DNA of 64,000 bases from Macrostomum lignano (GCA_002269645.1 NIVC01000471.1:124001-188000), one strand, 5' to 3'; shown: positions 11,430 through 47,370, counted from the first letter of the stretch. The notes: generated from the letters alone by a model not told the origin. A program made the numbers and translations.

Positions 11430-13888
11430 ATGGAATCTGAGAACGAATATGCAGACATTTTGACTGATGACGACTCGCTAGAGTCGCTAGATGGAATCGA
11501 GGACGAGTTGATGGAGGAAGAAGGCGAAGAAGAGGAAGAAGGCATGGAGCCAGAGGAAGTTGGTGATGAACCAGAGTGGCAGTTGGTTCAGGCTGGAATG
11601 GACGCTGTGCCGAATAAAGCCGAGTTTCTGGGAACACCAGGGGTTCGCCCCAGATTGGAGGCCTCCAGCTTCAGCTGATGGAAACGAAGAGGAGTTTCTG
11701 AGTCTGTACCTCACGGATGGAATTATTGCAAGCGTGAAAACCTGGACGAATCGTACAGAGCCTGGAAGATATTCGAGGAGTGCGCTGACGAGGAGCTGTT
11801 GCCGATGGGCCTGGACAAAAAGCCGGAGATTAGCAGCTACTGCAGGCCAGGACCCTGTTTTCCATTGCTCATTTCTGTCCATGCCCAATGCCCCCTCGAG
11901 AGATAGGTTCAAGCAGCTGCTCTCCTGCCTTCGTTTTTACGACTGCACGAATGTCTAGGAAGGGCCCTTGGCCAAGATCCAGCCATTTCTGCACCAGCTG
12001 CAGCAGGTGTGCAGCAACAATTACATGCCGCGTCAGCACATTTCCGTGGACGAAACGCTGGTCTTACACAAGGGGTGTCTGCTGTTCAAGCACTAAATCC
12101 CGACTAAGAGGAGCAGGTACCGTGTCAAGCTGTACTGCCTGTGCGAGTCGGAGACTGGCTATACTTGTGGAATTGGGACTGGGACTCGAGTGCGGTGGCC
12201 TCTCTGTTAGTGAGCGAATTGTGGCCGAGCTGTGCCGTGAAATCCTGCACATGAATTAGAACGTATTCACGGACAGCTGGTTCACGTCCCATCGGCTGCA
12301 GCCATTTGGCTGCTGGCGAATGGAACTCGGCTCACCGGCACCATGCGCATCAATCGAGGCGTCGCGCAGCTGCTGCAGCAACTGCAACTGCGACCGACTG
12401 CGGCGGCTTTCGCGAGGAACGGCGAGGTGCTCACAATTGTAAGTTCGTGGACAGGAAGAGCAGCGGTGTGGACTTCTCTTAGATCTCCGGATCTGATTCT
12501 CTCGTTCTCAGTTGCCTAGCGGTTTTATTCTATTGTTTCCACTGCCTTTCGAGGTCTAAGAGAGTTTACAAAAGAGATCGCTTCGTAGCTAGATCTGAAT
12601 AGTGCTTGTAGCACAAAGAATGAACAGTAAGTGGACTCGGGTTTATTGGTGAAGTGCACAGGACTTCCAGCTCAAATTCTGATTCTTTTCCGGCGCGTCA
12701 ATTTTGGGGCCGAGGCCGTGTCTATTTTATAGATCATTTGATACACGTCATCCCCCCCCCCCCGCCGCGGATTAGCCACGGCGGGGTGTCAGAACAGACG
12801 CAGCAATTACATTCGATTAGCGCGTTGCTACGGGGCGAGAGAGATAATTTAATATCTGTTAGTTTGTCACATCAGGCGATGGTTAAAGGTCAGTTCGGGG
12901 TTCATTATAGTCAATTCGCACGTCAGACCCCTCGTGCGTCCCTCGGTGAGTCGTCCTTTGCTCCCTGGGCCGTACGTCACCGCTGACCTTGGCCTGTTGA
13001 CCATTGCTCTATCTCGCCCGCCAGTCGGAATATCATGTCGTATCGATTCTCCTGGCACCGCGCCGACTGGCTCTGCCTCGGCCGGCTTGATGTCATCTGG
13101 TTTGGTCTGAAATCTTGGGGGGAAAGTAAAGGTTAAGTTCTTATCTATGATTTATTTCCCTTTCTTGACGTTTTTTTTAATTTCTCTCACTTAAGTGTCT
13201 TATCTCTAAATTGAACTTTCGCCCCCTGTTTTTAGCTTCTTACTTTGCCCTTTAGTGAACCTTGTCCCGACTTTTCCTAATTTCTAATCCCTAAACGGGA
13301 CAAAGACCGTGTATCTCCTGGACACTGCTGGGCAGGCTGCCTGTGTGAACGTGCCACGAGTCCGTCGGGGAGGCGAGCAGCAGGTGGTCGCGAAGCCAGT
13401 GACAGTGGTCACCTACTCGAAGAGCATTTGCGGCGTGGACCGTATGGATTCAACAGCGAACCCCTACCTGGCCAGTCGGAAGACGCTGCGCTGGTTTCAG
13501 AAACTCTGGGTTTTACCTGCTGCTTCTTCTGGTTCGGAACTCGTGAATCGTCTACCGCCAGCAGGCACCAAGACCTTCGTGGCGTTTCTGCACAAAACGA
13601 TCAGCATCCTGGTGGAGGAGACTGGCAGGGGCAGGCGCCATTTCGCTATCAGGGCAGGCCGTCCTGCAGCAGTCAGAGCGGCAGGTGACGGCCCTGCAGT
13701 ACAGCATTCGCCGACCAAAGCTCCATTGAATGCTGCATGCCCATGTTCGGTCGCGCAATCGATGCCGCGTGTGCAGCGAGAACGGAATCGCGAAGAAGAC
13801 AGCGTACATCTGCCCTGATTGTCCAGGAATGCCAGCACTTTGCATAAGCCAGTGCTTCAGAAACTGGCACAGCCAAACAGATTTTTGA
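11430..13888 (+). pseudogene. Degenerate piggyBac-family transposase (PGBD-like), interrupted by an insertion
   Basis: Acidic N-terminus, then SRDRFKQLLSCLRF, ISVDET, KLYCLCESETGY, FTDSWFTS, GTMRINRG, KPVTVVTYSKSICGVDRMD and the C-terminal Cys-rich VCSENGIAKKTAYICPDCPGMPALCISQCFRNWH. Multiple stops and frameshifts; terminal inverted repeats (TIRs) not securely identified. Confidence 0.88.
12467..13302. mobile_element. 836-bp insertion in the piggyBac ORF, possible solo LTR
   Basis: The transposase frame stops after DRKSSG (12466) and resumes at KTVYLLDT (13303). The insert is bounded TGT...ACA and has AATAAA on the minus strand. No target-site duplication (TSD) seen. Confidence 0.45.
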
Positions 13889-14384
13889 GGCCGTGCGTGA
13901 GCATGAGCCTCACTGCAGCGGCTGACCTTTTGATCTCTCTTTTAAAGTACATGTAAGAGGTAACTGGTAACTTGAATCTTTGCAAATAGATATGTACTAG
14001 TATGGAAGTCGGACCACTCATTTGGACCTGCCTCCGGATGCATGATTGTGGACCTGAATTGGAATGGGCATCCGCGTTCCGAAGTCGGTTTTCCTTTTCG
14101 ACAGCGCTATGATCGGGAATTCCGAGACAATAATTGCACCATGCTGATGCATTTTGCTGCTGACTCATCTTAAAATAAATGCACAAATAAATACTTCATT
14201 TTAACTCATTCATCCGTAAAGTATATTTACATGTACATGTACTTGGATACGTCTGAGCGCAAAATCAATTTAATAATAACGAAGCTCTGGAAACGACTTC
14301 CTCAGGTACATGTAGTTTCCAGTAGCACTTTTTACGCCGGCACAGAGATTAACAAAATGAATCCATTTTATCAATCACAGTCCC

Positions 14385-14645
14385 AGAAACAGTCCCATCT
14401 CATCAACCACAGTCCCAGAAACAGTCCTATCTCATCAATCACAGTCCCTTCTCATCAAGCCGCAGTCCCAGAAACAGTCCCATCTCATCAAGCCGCAGTC
14501 CCAGAAACAGTCCCATCTCATCAAGCCAGTCCCAGAAACAGTCCCATCTCATCAAGCCGCAGTCCCAGAAACAGTCCCATCTCATCAATCAGTCCCAGAA
14601 ACAGTCCCATCTCATCAAGCCAGTCCCAGAAACAGTCCCATCTCA
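14385..14645. repeat. About 30-33-bp minisatellite (CAGTCCCAGAAACAGTCCCATCTCATCAAGCCG)
   Basis: Direct tandem repeat. Confidence 0.85.
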
Positions 14646-15474
14646 CCCGCAAGGATACAGACATCAGAGACTCCCCGTTCTGATGTTCAATCAGACAAAA
14701 AACTCAAAATATTTTCCAACCAATGTAAGCAAGTTTGAGAAGCGTACAGATATGCAGATGAAAATAACAATATAGATAAATATATATTTATTTTCATGTG
14801 CAGCATTCATGTGCATAATATTTATTATTATTGAACTTATTTCGGAGATTGACAGTAATAATAAACAAATATTTAGCAAGAGTGACGGGACATTCAGTTT
14901 TCGAACTAATTAAACGAAGAGTCTCCGTCTTGTCCGCAATTAGCTGTAGTCAGCTTGCATCAATCTATTGATATCTGCTTGCAATTTTGATCCAATACAA
15001 GATATTGCGCATATAGCAGGCGATTAATTAGTTGAATAAAGTAAGTATATGCGAACAGGTTATGTACAAACTACTGTGTATGCATGGTGTGTAATGATAG
15101 TCTAGCACAACCACACACCAAGCCCAATTAATGATACATTAATATTAGAACAGAATTGAAAAGTACAATAGAAGTTCACGCCCACGCACACTGCGGTTGC
15201 AGTCAAAGGAATTGGACCTGAATTTACCATTTAAATAGATACGCGAACAGTGCGCAATATGCGTACAACAGTATTGTTAAGCATAGTTTAAAACAGGTTT
15301 ACCTGCAAGCAATATTAATGTGTGTGCATGACTGACGGGATAGGATTTTAGACAGCCAGGCAAACAGGAAGGAAACAGGCTGAGACAGCCTTCGGCCTGA
15401 CAAGCCTCTCTATCCGGCCTCGGGTCCATTGAAACTGATAGCTATTCGGCCCGCTCAAATTGATCTCTTCACTG

Positions 15475-16260
15475 CCTTCCTCTCTGCTTCATCTCCCTCT
15501 CTCTCCTCTCTGCTTCATCTCCCTCTCCCTCCTCTCTGCTTCATCTCCCTCTGCTTCATCTCCCTCTCCCTCCTCTCTGCTTCATCTCCCTCTCCTTCCT
15601 CTCTGCTTCATCTCCCTCTCCCTCCTCTCTGCTTCATCTCCCTCTCCCTCCTCTCTGCTTCATCTCCCTCTCCATCCTCTCTGCTTCATCTCCCTCTCCT
15701 TCCTCTCTGCTTCATCTCCCTCTCCCTCCTCTCTGCTTCATCTCCCTCTCCCTCCTCTCTGCTTCATATCCCTCTCCCTCCTCTCTGCTTCATCTCCCTC
15801 TCCCTCCTCTCTGCTTCATCTCCCTCTCCCTCCTCTCTGCTTCATATCCCTCTCCCTCCTCTCTGCTTCATCTCCCTCCCTCCTCTCTGCTTCATCTCCC
15901 TCTCCCTCCTCTCTGCTTCATATCCCTCTCCCTCCTCTCTGCTTCATCTCCGTCTCCCTCCTCTCTGCTTCATATCCCTCTCCCTCCTCTCTGCTTCATC
16001 TCCCTCTCCCTCCTCTCTGCTTCATCTCCCTCTCCCTCCTCTCTGCTTCATCTCCATCTCCCCTTTTTTCTCCCTCTTCTCATCTCTATCTGCCCTCTAC
16101 TCCTCACTCTCCCCTCCTCTCTCCCTTACCCCCTCTTCCCTCCTCTCCCCTCTTCTCTGCCCTCTTCTCCCTTCACCCATCTCCTCTCTCTTCTCTCATC
16201 CCACCGCTCATCTTATCCTTCCTCTGACTCTCCTCCATTCCCTCTTCTTCCCTCTGCTCT
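15475..16260. repeat. 26-bp CT-rich minisatellite followed by a polypyrimidine low-complexity tract
   Basis: (TCTCTGCTTCATCTCCCTCTCCCTCC)n. Confidence 0.9.
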
Positions 16261-16359
16261 CTGTTCCGCAGACACAAACTGGATTATTTATTATCTGGCC
16301 CTTGAGGTTAAGAAAGTTCGCCAACAGCCCGAACTAAGACAGGCAGACAATCGGACAGG

Positions 16360-19300
16360 CTAAGCCAGCGGGCTGGGGCTGGCAGGCGGCACCACCAGCA
16401 CAGGCCGCAGGGAGTGCTGCAGCACATGGTCAGTTGTGCTGCCCAGCACCACGCGCTTCATCTTGCCCAGCCCGCGACTGCTGACCACCACCACGGAGGC
16501 TTTGATCTCCTCAGCCAGTCTGAGCAGGCCGACCGGAGCTGAGCAGCCATAAAATTCGCTGCGAAATTCCACATTTGGGAGGCCGATAGAGGCGGCAAAA
16601 TTCTTCAGCTTCTCGCCCAGCTGGCGGGCGCGCTCCTGGTGGTGAGGGGCGATTGGAGATGATTGCAACTGTGACTATAACTGTGATTGCAACTGTGACT
16701 GCAACTGTGACTGTAACTGTGATTGCAACTGTGACTGTAACTGTGATTGCAACTGTGACTGCAACTGTGGCTGCAATTGTGATTGCAACTGTGATTGCAA
16801 CTGTGACTGCAACTGTGGCTGCAACTGTGACTGCAACTGTGATTGCAACTGTGACTGCAACTGTGGCTGCAATTGTGATTGCAACTGTGACTGCAACTGT
16901 GATTGCAACTGTGATTGCAACTGTGACTGTAACTGTGATTGCAACTGTGACTGCAACTGTGGCTGCAATTGTGATTGCAACTGTGATTGCAACTGTGACT
17001 GCAACTGTGACTGCAACTGTGATTTCAACTGTGACTGTAACTGTGATTGCAACTGTGACTGCAACTGTGATTGCAACTGTGACTGCAACTGTGACTGCAA
17101 CTGTGACTGCAACAGTGATTGCAACTGTGACTGTAACTGTGATTGCAACTGTGATTGCAACTGTGACTGTAACTGTGACTGCAACTGTGACTGCAATATT
17201 GTGACTGCAACTGTGATTGCAACTGTGACTGCAACTGTGCTTGCAACTGTGACTGCAACAGTGGCTGCAACTGTGACTGCAACTGTGATTGCAACTGTGT
17301 CTGCAACTGTGACTGTAACTGTGATTGCAACTGTGACTGCAACTGTGATTGCAACTGTGACTGCAACTGTGATTGCAACTGTGATTGCAACTGTGAATGT
17401 AACTGTGATTGCAACTGTGACTGCAACTGTGATTGCAACTGTGACTGCAACTGTGATTGCAACTGTGACTGTAACTGTGATTGCAACTGTGACTGCAATT
17501 GTGACTGCAACTGTGATTGCAACTGTTATTGCAACTGTGACTGCAACTGTGATTGCAACTGTGTCTGCAACTGGGACTGTAACTGTGATTGCAACTGTGA
17601 CTGCAATTGTGACTGCAACTGTGATTGCAACTGTGACTGCAATATTGTGACTGCAACTGTGATTGCAACTGTGACTGTAACTGTGATTGCAACTGTGACT
17701 GTAACTGTGATTGCAACTGTGACTGCAACTGTGTCTGCAACTGTGACTGTAACTGTGACTGCAACTGTGACTGCAATATTGTGACTGCAACTGTGATTGC
17801 AACTGTGATTGCAACTGTGACTGCAACTGTGATTGCAACTGTGATTGCAACTGTGACTGCAACTGTGATTGCAACTGTGACTGCAACTGTGCTTGCAACT
17901 GTGATTGCAACTGTGTTTGCAACTGGGACTGTAACTGTGATTGCAACTGTGACTGCAACTGTGATTGCAACTGTGACTGCAACTGTGATTGCAACTGTGA
18001 CTGCAACTGTGATTGCAACTGTGACTGCAACTGTGATTGCAACTGTGACTGTAACTGTGATTGCAACTGTGACTGCAACTGTGATTGCAACTGTGACTGC
18101 ATTTGTGATTGCAACTGTGATTGCAACTGTGAATGTAACTGTGATTGCAACTGTAACTGCAACTGTGATTGCAACTGTGACTGTAACTGTGACTGCAACT
18201 GTGACTGCAATATTGTGACTGCAACTGTGATTGCAACTGTGACTGTAACTGTGATTGCAACTGTGACTGTAACTGTGATTGCAACTGTGACTGCAACTGT
18301 GTCTGCAACTGTGACTGTAACTGTGACTGCAACTGTGACTGCAACTGTGTCTGCAACTGTGACTGTAACTGTGACTGCAACTGTGACTGCAATATTGTGA
18401 CTGCAACTGTGATTGCAACTGTGATTGCAACTGTGACTGCAACTGTGATTGCAACTGTGATTGCAACTGTGATTGCAACTGTGACTGCAACTGTGCTTGC
18501 AACTGTGCTTGCAACAGTGGCTGCAACTGTGACTGCAACTGTGACTGCAACTGTGATTGCAACTGTGTCTGCAACTGTGATTGCAACTGTGACTGCAACT
18601 GTGATTGCAACTGTGACTGCAACTGTGATTGCAACTGTGACTGCAACTGTGATTGCAACTGTGACTGCAACTGTGATTGCAACTGTGACTGCAACTGTGA
18701 TTGCAACTGTGACTGCAACTGTGATTGCAACTGTGACTGCAACTGTGATTGCAACTGTGATTGCAACTGTGAATGTAACTGTGATTGCAACTGTGACTGC
18801 AACTGTGATTGCAACTGTGACTGCAACTGTGATTGCAACTGTGACTGTAACTGTGATTGCAACTGTGACTGCAATTGTGACTGCAACTGTGATTGCAACT
18901 GTGATTGCAATATTGTGACTGCAACTGTGATTGCAACTGTGACTGCAACTGTGATTGCAACTGTGACTGCAACAGTGATTGCAATTGTGATTGCAACTGT
19001 GACTGCAACTGTGACTGCAATATTGTGACTGCAACTGTGATTGCAACTGTGATTGCAACTGTGACTGCAACTGTGACTGCAACTGTGACTGCAATATTGT
19101 GACTGCAACTGACTGCAGTTAGCAATAAACAGATTAGCAAAGCACACACACCTTGCCCCCCTCAATAGTGTAGTAGTCCGGCTCCTTAGTGGACAGTGGG
19201 GTGAAGTGGCCCACCAGCATGGAGGGCGGCTCGATGATGTAGCCCAGGACAACCTGGTCGGAGAAGTAGGCGGCAGAGCTGGCGTACCAGCGGATCATTC

Positions 19301-19511
19301 GCTCGCTGCGGTCAGTCAAGTCCACGGCTAGCAGGACTGTGCGGCTCAGCTCAACCACCGGCAGCTGCTCATAGGCCGTGGCGTCATCCTCATTGAGCTG
19401 AGGATCGGCATGAGGGTCTCCGGCGCTTCCTGCCGGATCTCTGACGATTTTGTCAAGTTCATCTGCTGCCGCCGCCTGACTGCTGCTGCTGCTGCTCCCA
19501 GCGGGTTCCAT
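16360..19511 (-). CDS. Universal stress protein (UspA-domain) gene, about 222 aa; join(19511..19152,16668..16360)
   Basis: Exon 1 contains RTVLLAVDLTDRSERMIRWY...VVLGYIIEPP and ends AAG|gtgtgt. Exon 2 contains IKASVVVVSSRGLGKMKRVVLGSTTDHVLQHSLRPVLVVP, with the USP ATP-binding G-x2-G-x9-G-S motif. The join is phase 0. Confidence 0.88.
16661..19115. repeat. 12-bp satellite (GCAACTGTGATT/GCAACTGTGACT)n filling the USP intron
   Basis: About 200 units; explains all LQSQ/VAIT/CSHS ORFs. Confidence 0.97.
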
Positions 19512-19749
19512 TGTTGCAGAGTTTAACGAGGCAATATCCGGTGTGACTGGAAATATTCATATGGTATGCACATTTTCTGCTTTGTTATTCAATTATCGAC
19601 ACATATCGGCATTGCGAACTTGACATGCTGATCCTGGTAGAATGAATGCCTTCGGAAAATCCAAACTCAAGATCCTCAATACTACACAAAATTGCAATAA
19701 AAATGGCTTATGAAATCCAAATGAGTTCCTGATGAAAACACAATGAAAT

Positions 19750-20205
19750 TACTATGAGATCCCTTTGAAATCCATATGAGATTCCTATGAGATCCCTACG
19801 AGATACCTATGAGATCCCTATGAGATCCCTATGAGATCCCTATGAAATCCCTACGAGATACCTATGAGATGGCTATGAGATCCCTATGAGATAACTATTA
19901 GATCCCTATGAGATACCTATTAGATCATTATGAGATGCCTATTAGATCATTATGAGATCCCTATGAGATCCTTCCTTATGCGATCCCTATGAGATTCTTA
20001 TGAGATCCCTATGAGATCCTTATGAGATCCTTATGAGATCCCTATGAGATCCCTATGAGACCCTTATGAGACCCTTATGAGATCCTTATGAGATTCCTAT
20101 GCGATCCTTATGAGATCCCTATGCGATCCTTATGAGATCCCTATGCGATCCTTATGAGATCTCTATGAGATCCCTATGAGATCCTTATGAGATCCCTATG
20201 AATAT
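19750..20205. repeat. 10-11-bp minisatellite (TATGAGATCCC)n
   Basis: Direct tandem repeat between Groucho and USP. Confidence 0.9.
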
Positions 20206-21343
20206 GCAACTGGAAGCCCTCATAAAGCCTCACGAAACCATCATCTCATAGTCCTAACACTGAACTATAAAAAATAAAAAATATACATTAAATGAATAAT
20301 CACAAAGACCAAACAAGGATATAATAATATTTTACACCCGTTTACAAATTATTAATAAAAGTAAATAGTCAACACACAAACTGTGTTACATAAGACAATT
20401 GAGTTGGTAACTAGACTTATATTCCCTATCTAATCATATAGATATGCACATGAGATACATTGCGGGCCAGAACGGGACATAAACACGGGAGCAGAGGGTG
20501 CAGAGGGTGAGAATTGGCTTTGAACAAGCGGTTAAATTGCAGACAAGAGGTGAAAAGAAATACAAGGTGACTGAACAACAGAGCTAGTATATGCATGAAT
20601 AATATAAAATATGAGTGACACTGGATGCCAAGATTGACAAAAAATTATGATAGACTAAAAATAAAACTGCAGACAACAATGCATTGCGGATTCGAATAAA
20701 TAAATAGAAATAGTATATCATGATAATAATATTTAAAATTTGTATAAATAAAACACGGGGACAATAAAAATCCGATTAAGAAAGCTGAGCGCCAATAAAT
20801 AGCGGTGCATGCTCACTTCAAGGTTATTAGTCAAACAATTTTTAAAGATTATGCAACAAAAAAAACAGAATTGATTGTTGACCGATCTCTTAGAAACACA
20901 AATATTTAGTAGACGTGCAGAAAAAAAGCAAATATATTTTCATATTTCTACTTACAGTAGACTGATGCGGACAGTAGTATATATTAATAAAAAAAATTTT
21001 AACACAGAAAAGCGTGAGTAGAGATTAGCCAGCTACTTGAACAGATTTCATATTCATATATGCGTATATCTTACAACAATGCCAGTTGAAAAGAAACAGC
21101 AAAAAAATTATTACCAAATATTTACAATTTAAGCAAACAAAAAACACGCAGAAAAACAACAAACACGACTAAAAAAGCAAATAGTCAAAGTTGCTTGATT
21201 TATTTTTGTCAATTGCACAGAATCTACAGTTAAATTAAAACACAAACACATTGCCAACGAGGATAAACACCTGGCCATAATAGGTAATATTAATAACAAT
21301 AATAAAATTTCGGATTCGAACCCGCGTCCCTCGCAGTCTCAAG

Positions 21344-43681
<22,338 letters not shown>

Positions 43682-45649
43682 CTTCATTGACATTCAGGTT
43701 TTGTAGCTACAATTTAGTTTAAAATAGACATATTCAAATTTATGTTAAAAATAAAAATACTGGTCTAATACTAAAATATCCGTTCAACAAGTGTTTACAA
43801 TTTGTCGCGACTCGCTAGGAGTTAGGACAAGGTCACAGGTGAATAAAAAATTAACACAATCAGAGAACTATACACTAATCGCGCCAGTAAAATGTATAGC
43901 CTGAAACTTAAAGACTAGGCATTAGGACTTAGGACGCACGGGGTTAACTTAGAGCCGCAGAGGTATCCTTTCACATCCAAAACTAGATAGAACGAACCTT
44001 TGAAGAGAATAAAAATCTTATATTTCAGTAAGTTAATTTTTGCCCTCTGGTTTAACAAATTACCTTAGTAAAACAATGACCTTTTGCTAGCTAACCTTTA
44101 AACTTAAAATTACTAAGCTACTAAAAATTTCTGTTCTAGAAATTATTAGACAACAAGGTTATATTTGTTAAAAACAACTCCAATAAAAACCGGGACATTT
44201 AGAGATACCATCAAATGTCAAAATCAAAACTTTAAACTCAGCAATCAGCATCTATCCCATGTATTGCTAAACGCAAATTTAAAAGTTTGCTTTAAGATCG
44301 TTTTAACTTCAAATTTGTTTTATATTGAAAACTGTTTGTTTGTCACTGCATGGTGGTACATGTGTTGTGAGCTGCGCCTCACAATGCCCGTGCCCCGACC
44401 CCTGCGCTCTCCGCCCCCTCTCCCTGCCACTGGCTTTTTCTGGCTTGCCCCTCAGTCTAAAGCTGCCAATTATTTTTTTTCTCATTTTCATTTACCCCCA
44501 TTTTTATTGACTGGCGTCTTTTCATCTCTCTCTCGTGTGGGCTGGTCCAATCATGTGTCTCGCCGCGGAGGCACCTGATTGGCTAGCCTTCCCTTTCTTC
44601 TCTCTTGCCCTTCAACTCTGTGAGTTTTGCCCCCACCCCCCAGCCCTGCGTGGCTAAGCCCACCCACCTCAGTTCCCTGTTCAGTGCTCACCCAGTGTTT
44701 ATGTGCGCGCGCGGCCCTCGCCTGGCTCTCGCCCTCCCTGCTCTCCCTCTACCACTACGAACTTTGTGCTTGAGCAGAATAGAATATTAGAGGTCACGCC
44801 TGCATGAGCGCGACAAGTGATCCCACCCGCGGTAAGACAGTGTTTGCTTTCGTTAATTTGTCCCGTCTCCATTATACACTTCTTTCGCCACCGTCTTCCA
44901 GCTTCGGGTCTGCGAAGTGTCTGTACGCCTCCAGACCTGTGCTCCCTCTGCTGCTGCTGAGTGGCTACCTGCTCACAGCCTCCTCATCTGCATCTCCCTC
45001 TCTCCGTGGGGCTGGCCGAGTGTCTGTACGCTCCCAGCCTCTCCACTCCCACCTCGAAGTGTCCGTACGCCTCGGGGGTAACCACTCTCTCGCCTATCCC
45101 ACCCGGCAAGCTCTGGGCAGTCCAGTACCCGAACCCCTGATCAACCCGTCTGCGGTCCGCACGGACGGAAGCAGAAAATACAACACATGTATATTAATAT
45201 TAGCTGTACGTACGTATGCTGCACTGTATTAAAGTTGCCCAATATCAATTCGAATTCATACCAAACTTTGGGCTTACTGGTTTGAATTGATTACTGGATT
45301 CTTGTTGGGGCATGCTTCGCTGCAGGAGGCACACAAAAATTCGAAAAAGTACAAAAAAGGTTACTGTGTAGGGCGGACGAAATTAGGAGGCCTCCGCTGT
45401 CGTGCCGAACGTCTTTTGCGCTGGTGGGACGACCGGGTCGATCGCAGCTTCGGCGTCGCCGCCGTGGTCGCCATTGGACTGGTGCTGGTAGCCGGAGCCG
45501 GCTGCTGCTCATCGGTCAGTTGCAGAGAGCCGCGCCGCTCCACGAACAGCTTGAAGCGGTCATGGTGCACCACGAGCTTGCCACGCCGCCGAACCTCTGG
45601 GCCAGGTGCAATGCAGCCGCAATTGATAGTTGACCTCACCCAGCAGCCT

Positions 45650-47370
45650 TGAGAACGACGTTGGCCGCCCCGTCCAGCGGGTCTTGGAGCGACCGGGCCT
45701 CACCGTCTTGCAGCTTAGCATACCAGATCACCTTGGTTGTAAGGGCTGAAACCGCACGTCGTTGTTGTATTATTCATTTCTCTCAGTCTGCGCGTTCTGA
45801 AGCTTCTGGTGAAAGCGCCTCCGGCTCTGCAACAGCCGCTTCTGAACATCCTCGACGTACTCCAGAGTATCCGAAACGCCGCTGTTGATGTGCGGCAGCT
45901 TGACATCCAGCGGCAGTCTTGGTGGCCCCCCCTGTAGCACTTGAAACGCGGAAACAGACAGTCGTACAGTGCGCAGAGCTGCTGAATGCCCATGTGACAA
46001 AGGCAGGTGTACATCCCAGTCGTCCTGGCTCTCCACTACGACCGTCGCCAACATGTCACCGAGAGTGCGGTTGCCGCGCTCTACCAGGGCCGTTGCCGCT
46101 CGGATGAAGCGGGGACGTTCGAGTCTTTCGCATGCCGAGCTTCTGGCACAGAGACTGAAACAGCTGGCTCTCAAATTGGCGGCCCTGGTCACTGTGAATA
46201 GTGTCCGGAACTCCGTGAAGTAGGGTTACTTGGTGGACCAAAACATCAGCAACTCGCTCGGCCGCGATACTTGGTATAGCACAGGCTTCCATCCATTTGG
46301 AGATACTTTAGAATGTAGCTGTTGTTTCGAGGTGTCCTTGGCAACGGCCCCTAATGTCGATTTGCACGCGGCGCCGGCTGTGCTGTAGTCTGCAGAGGAG
46401 CTCGCTGAGGTCGACTATTGTTCTTGCGTCGAAGGCATGCTGCACAGCTGGCGACGCAGTTCTGAGCATAATGCTGCATATTTTGCCACCAGCAGCGCTC
46501 CCGCAACTTCTGCGGTGTTCTGTCCGCGCCGAGGTGACCGTTAGCTGCTGCATCGTGGGCGTCGGCCAAGAACTCGGCTCGGATGGCTCGGAACGACCGG
46601 CTTTCCTTGCCTGACCAGTGCGCCATGCGGTCCGATCTTAACTCCGCCGTCGCCCAAAAACTCCTCGAACTTCTGCCGACCGCTGTTGGACAGGTGCTCG
46701 CGTCCCTCGGCGAGCGCCTTGAAGACACTCTGTAGAAGTGCATCGCGTTGCTGTTCCTCCAGAAAGTCTTGATCCCTGCTGCTGTCGAGTTGAGTGGTGG
46801 CGGTTCGACTCAGCATGGGCCGGGACGACATTCTCTTGACCAGGCCGATAGCAGAGCGTGAAGTTGAATTGCTGGACTACCGCACGAATAGCCATTACCA
46901 ACTGTCAATTCTGCCCTACTACAAACCATTTTTTCGGCGCGTCGTGTCAAGCCAGCGCGCCAGACGCCCTTCAGGTTCCTTAGTCTGCAGCAGGCCCTTC
47001 AGTGGCTGATGATCGATGAACGCAGTGAAGTGCTTCACGTTACACATGTACGACCTGAAATGTTTTAGGCTCCAGACTAAGGCGAGCAGGCGGGCACCTC
47101 TTGTCATGGCGGCTGTCAGTGTCTCCAGTTGCTGCTCGAGTTGGACCAGCCGGTCGTCAACCGCGGAGACCATAGGAGAACTTGCCGGGCGTGTTCTTGC
47201 TCATCACCTGCTCCAGTCTGGTGGCTCTCTCGTCCAGCGTGCCCAATAAATCTATGTATCCGAGTCGCTCTCCTTGAGCAGGGTTTCGCGTATCCCTTCG
47301 CTTAATAGCTGGATAATTCTGAACTTGACCTCCCTGTGACTGTGATAAAGTTACACAGTACTACGTAACA
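45650..47370 (-). mobile_element. Internally deleted, degenerate Ty3/Gypsy LTR retrotransposon
   Basis: RNase H tail LVWSLKHFRSY...IDHQPLKGL...GRLARW; integrase HHCC (HDAAANGHLG...CAAC); integrase core VPDTIHSDQGRQFES...TSPLHPSGNG. The minus-strand start TGTTACG at 47370 is LTR-like. No RT and no second LTR found. Confidence 0.85.

Noticed and set aside
10320-14352. Candidate piggyBac ends (TTAA at 14349; weak similarity near 10327)
   Set aside because: The inverted match is too poor to call TIRs, so the idea that the element carries the cGAS-like gene as cargo is unsupported.
16511-19252. 913-aa, 824-aa and similar long ORFs (LQSQ, VAIT, CSHS)
   Set aside because: They are stop-free readings of the 12-bp satellite inside the USP intron.
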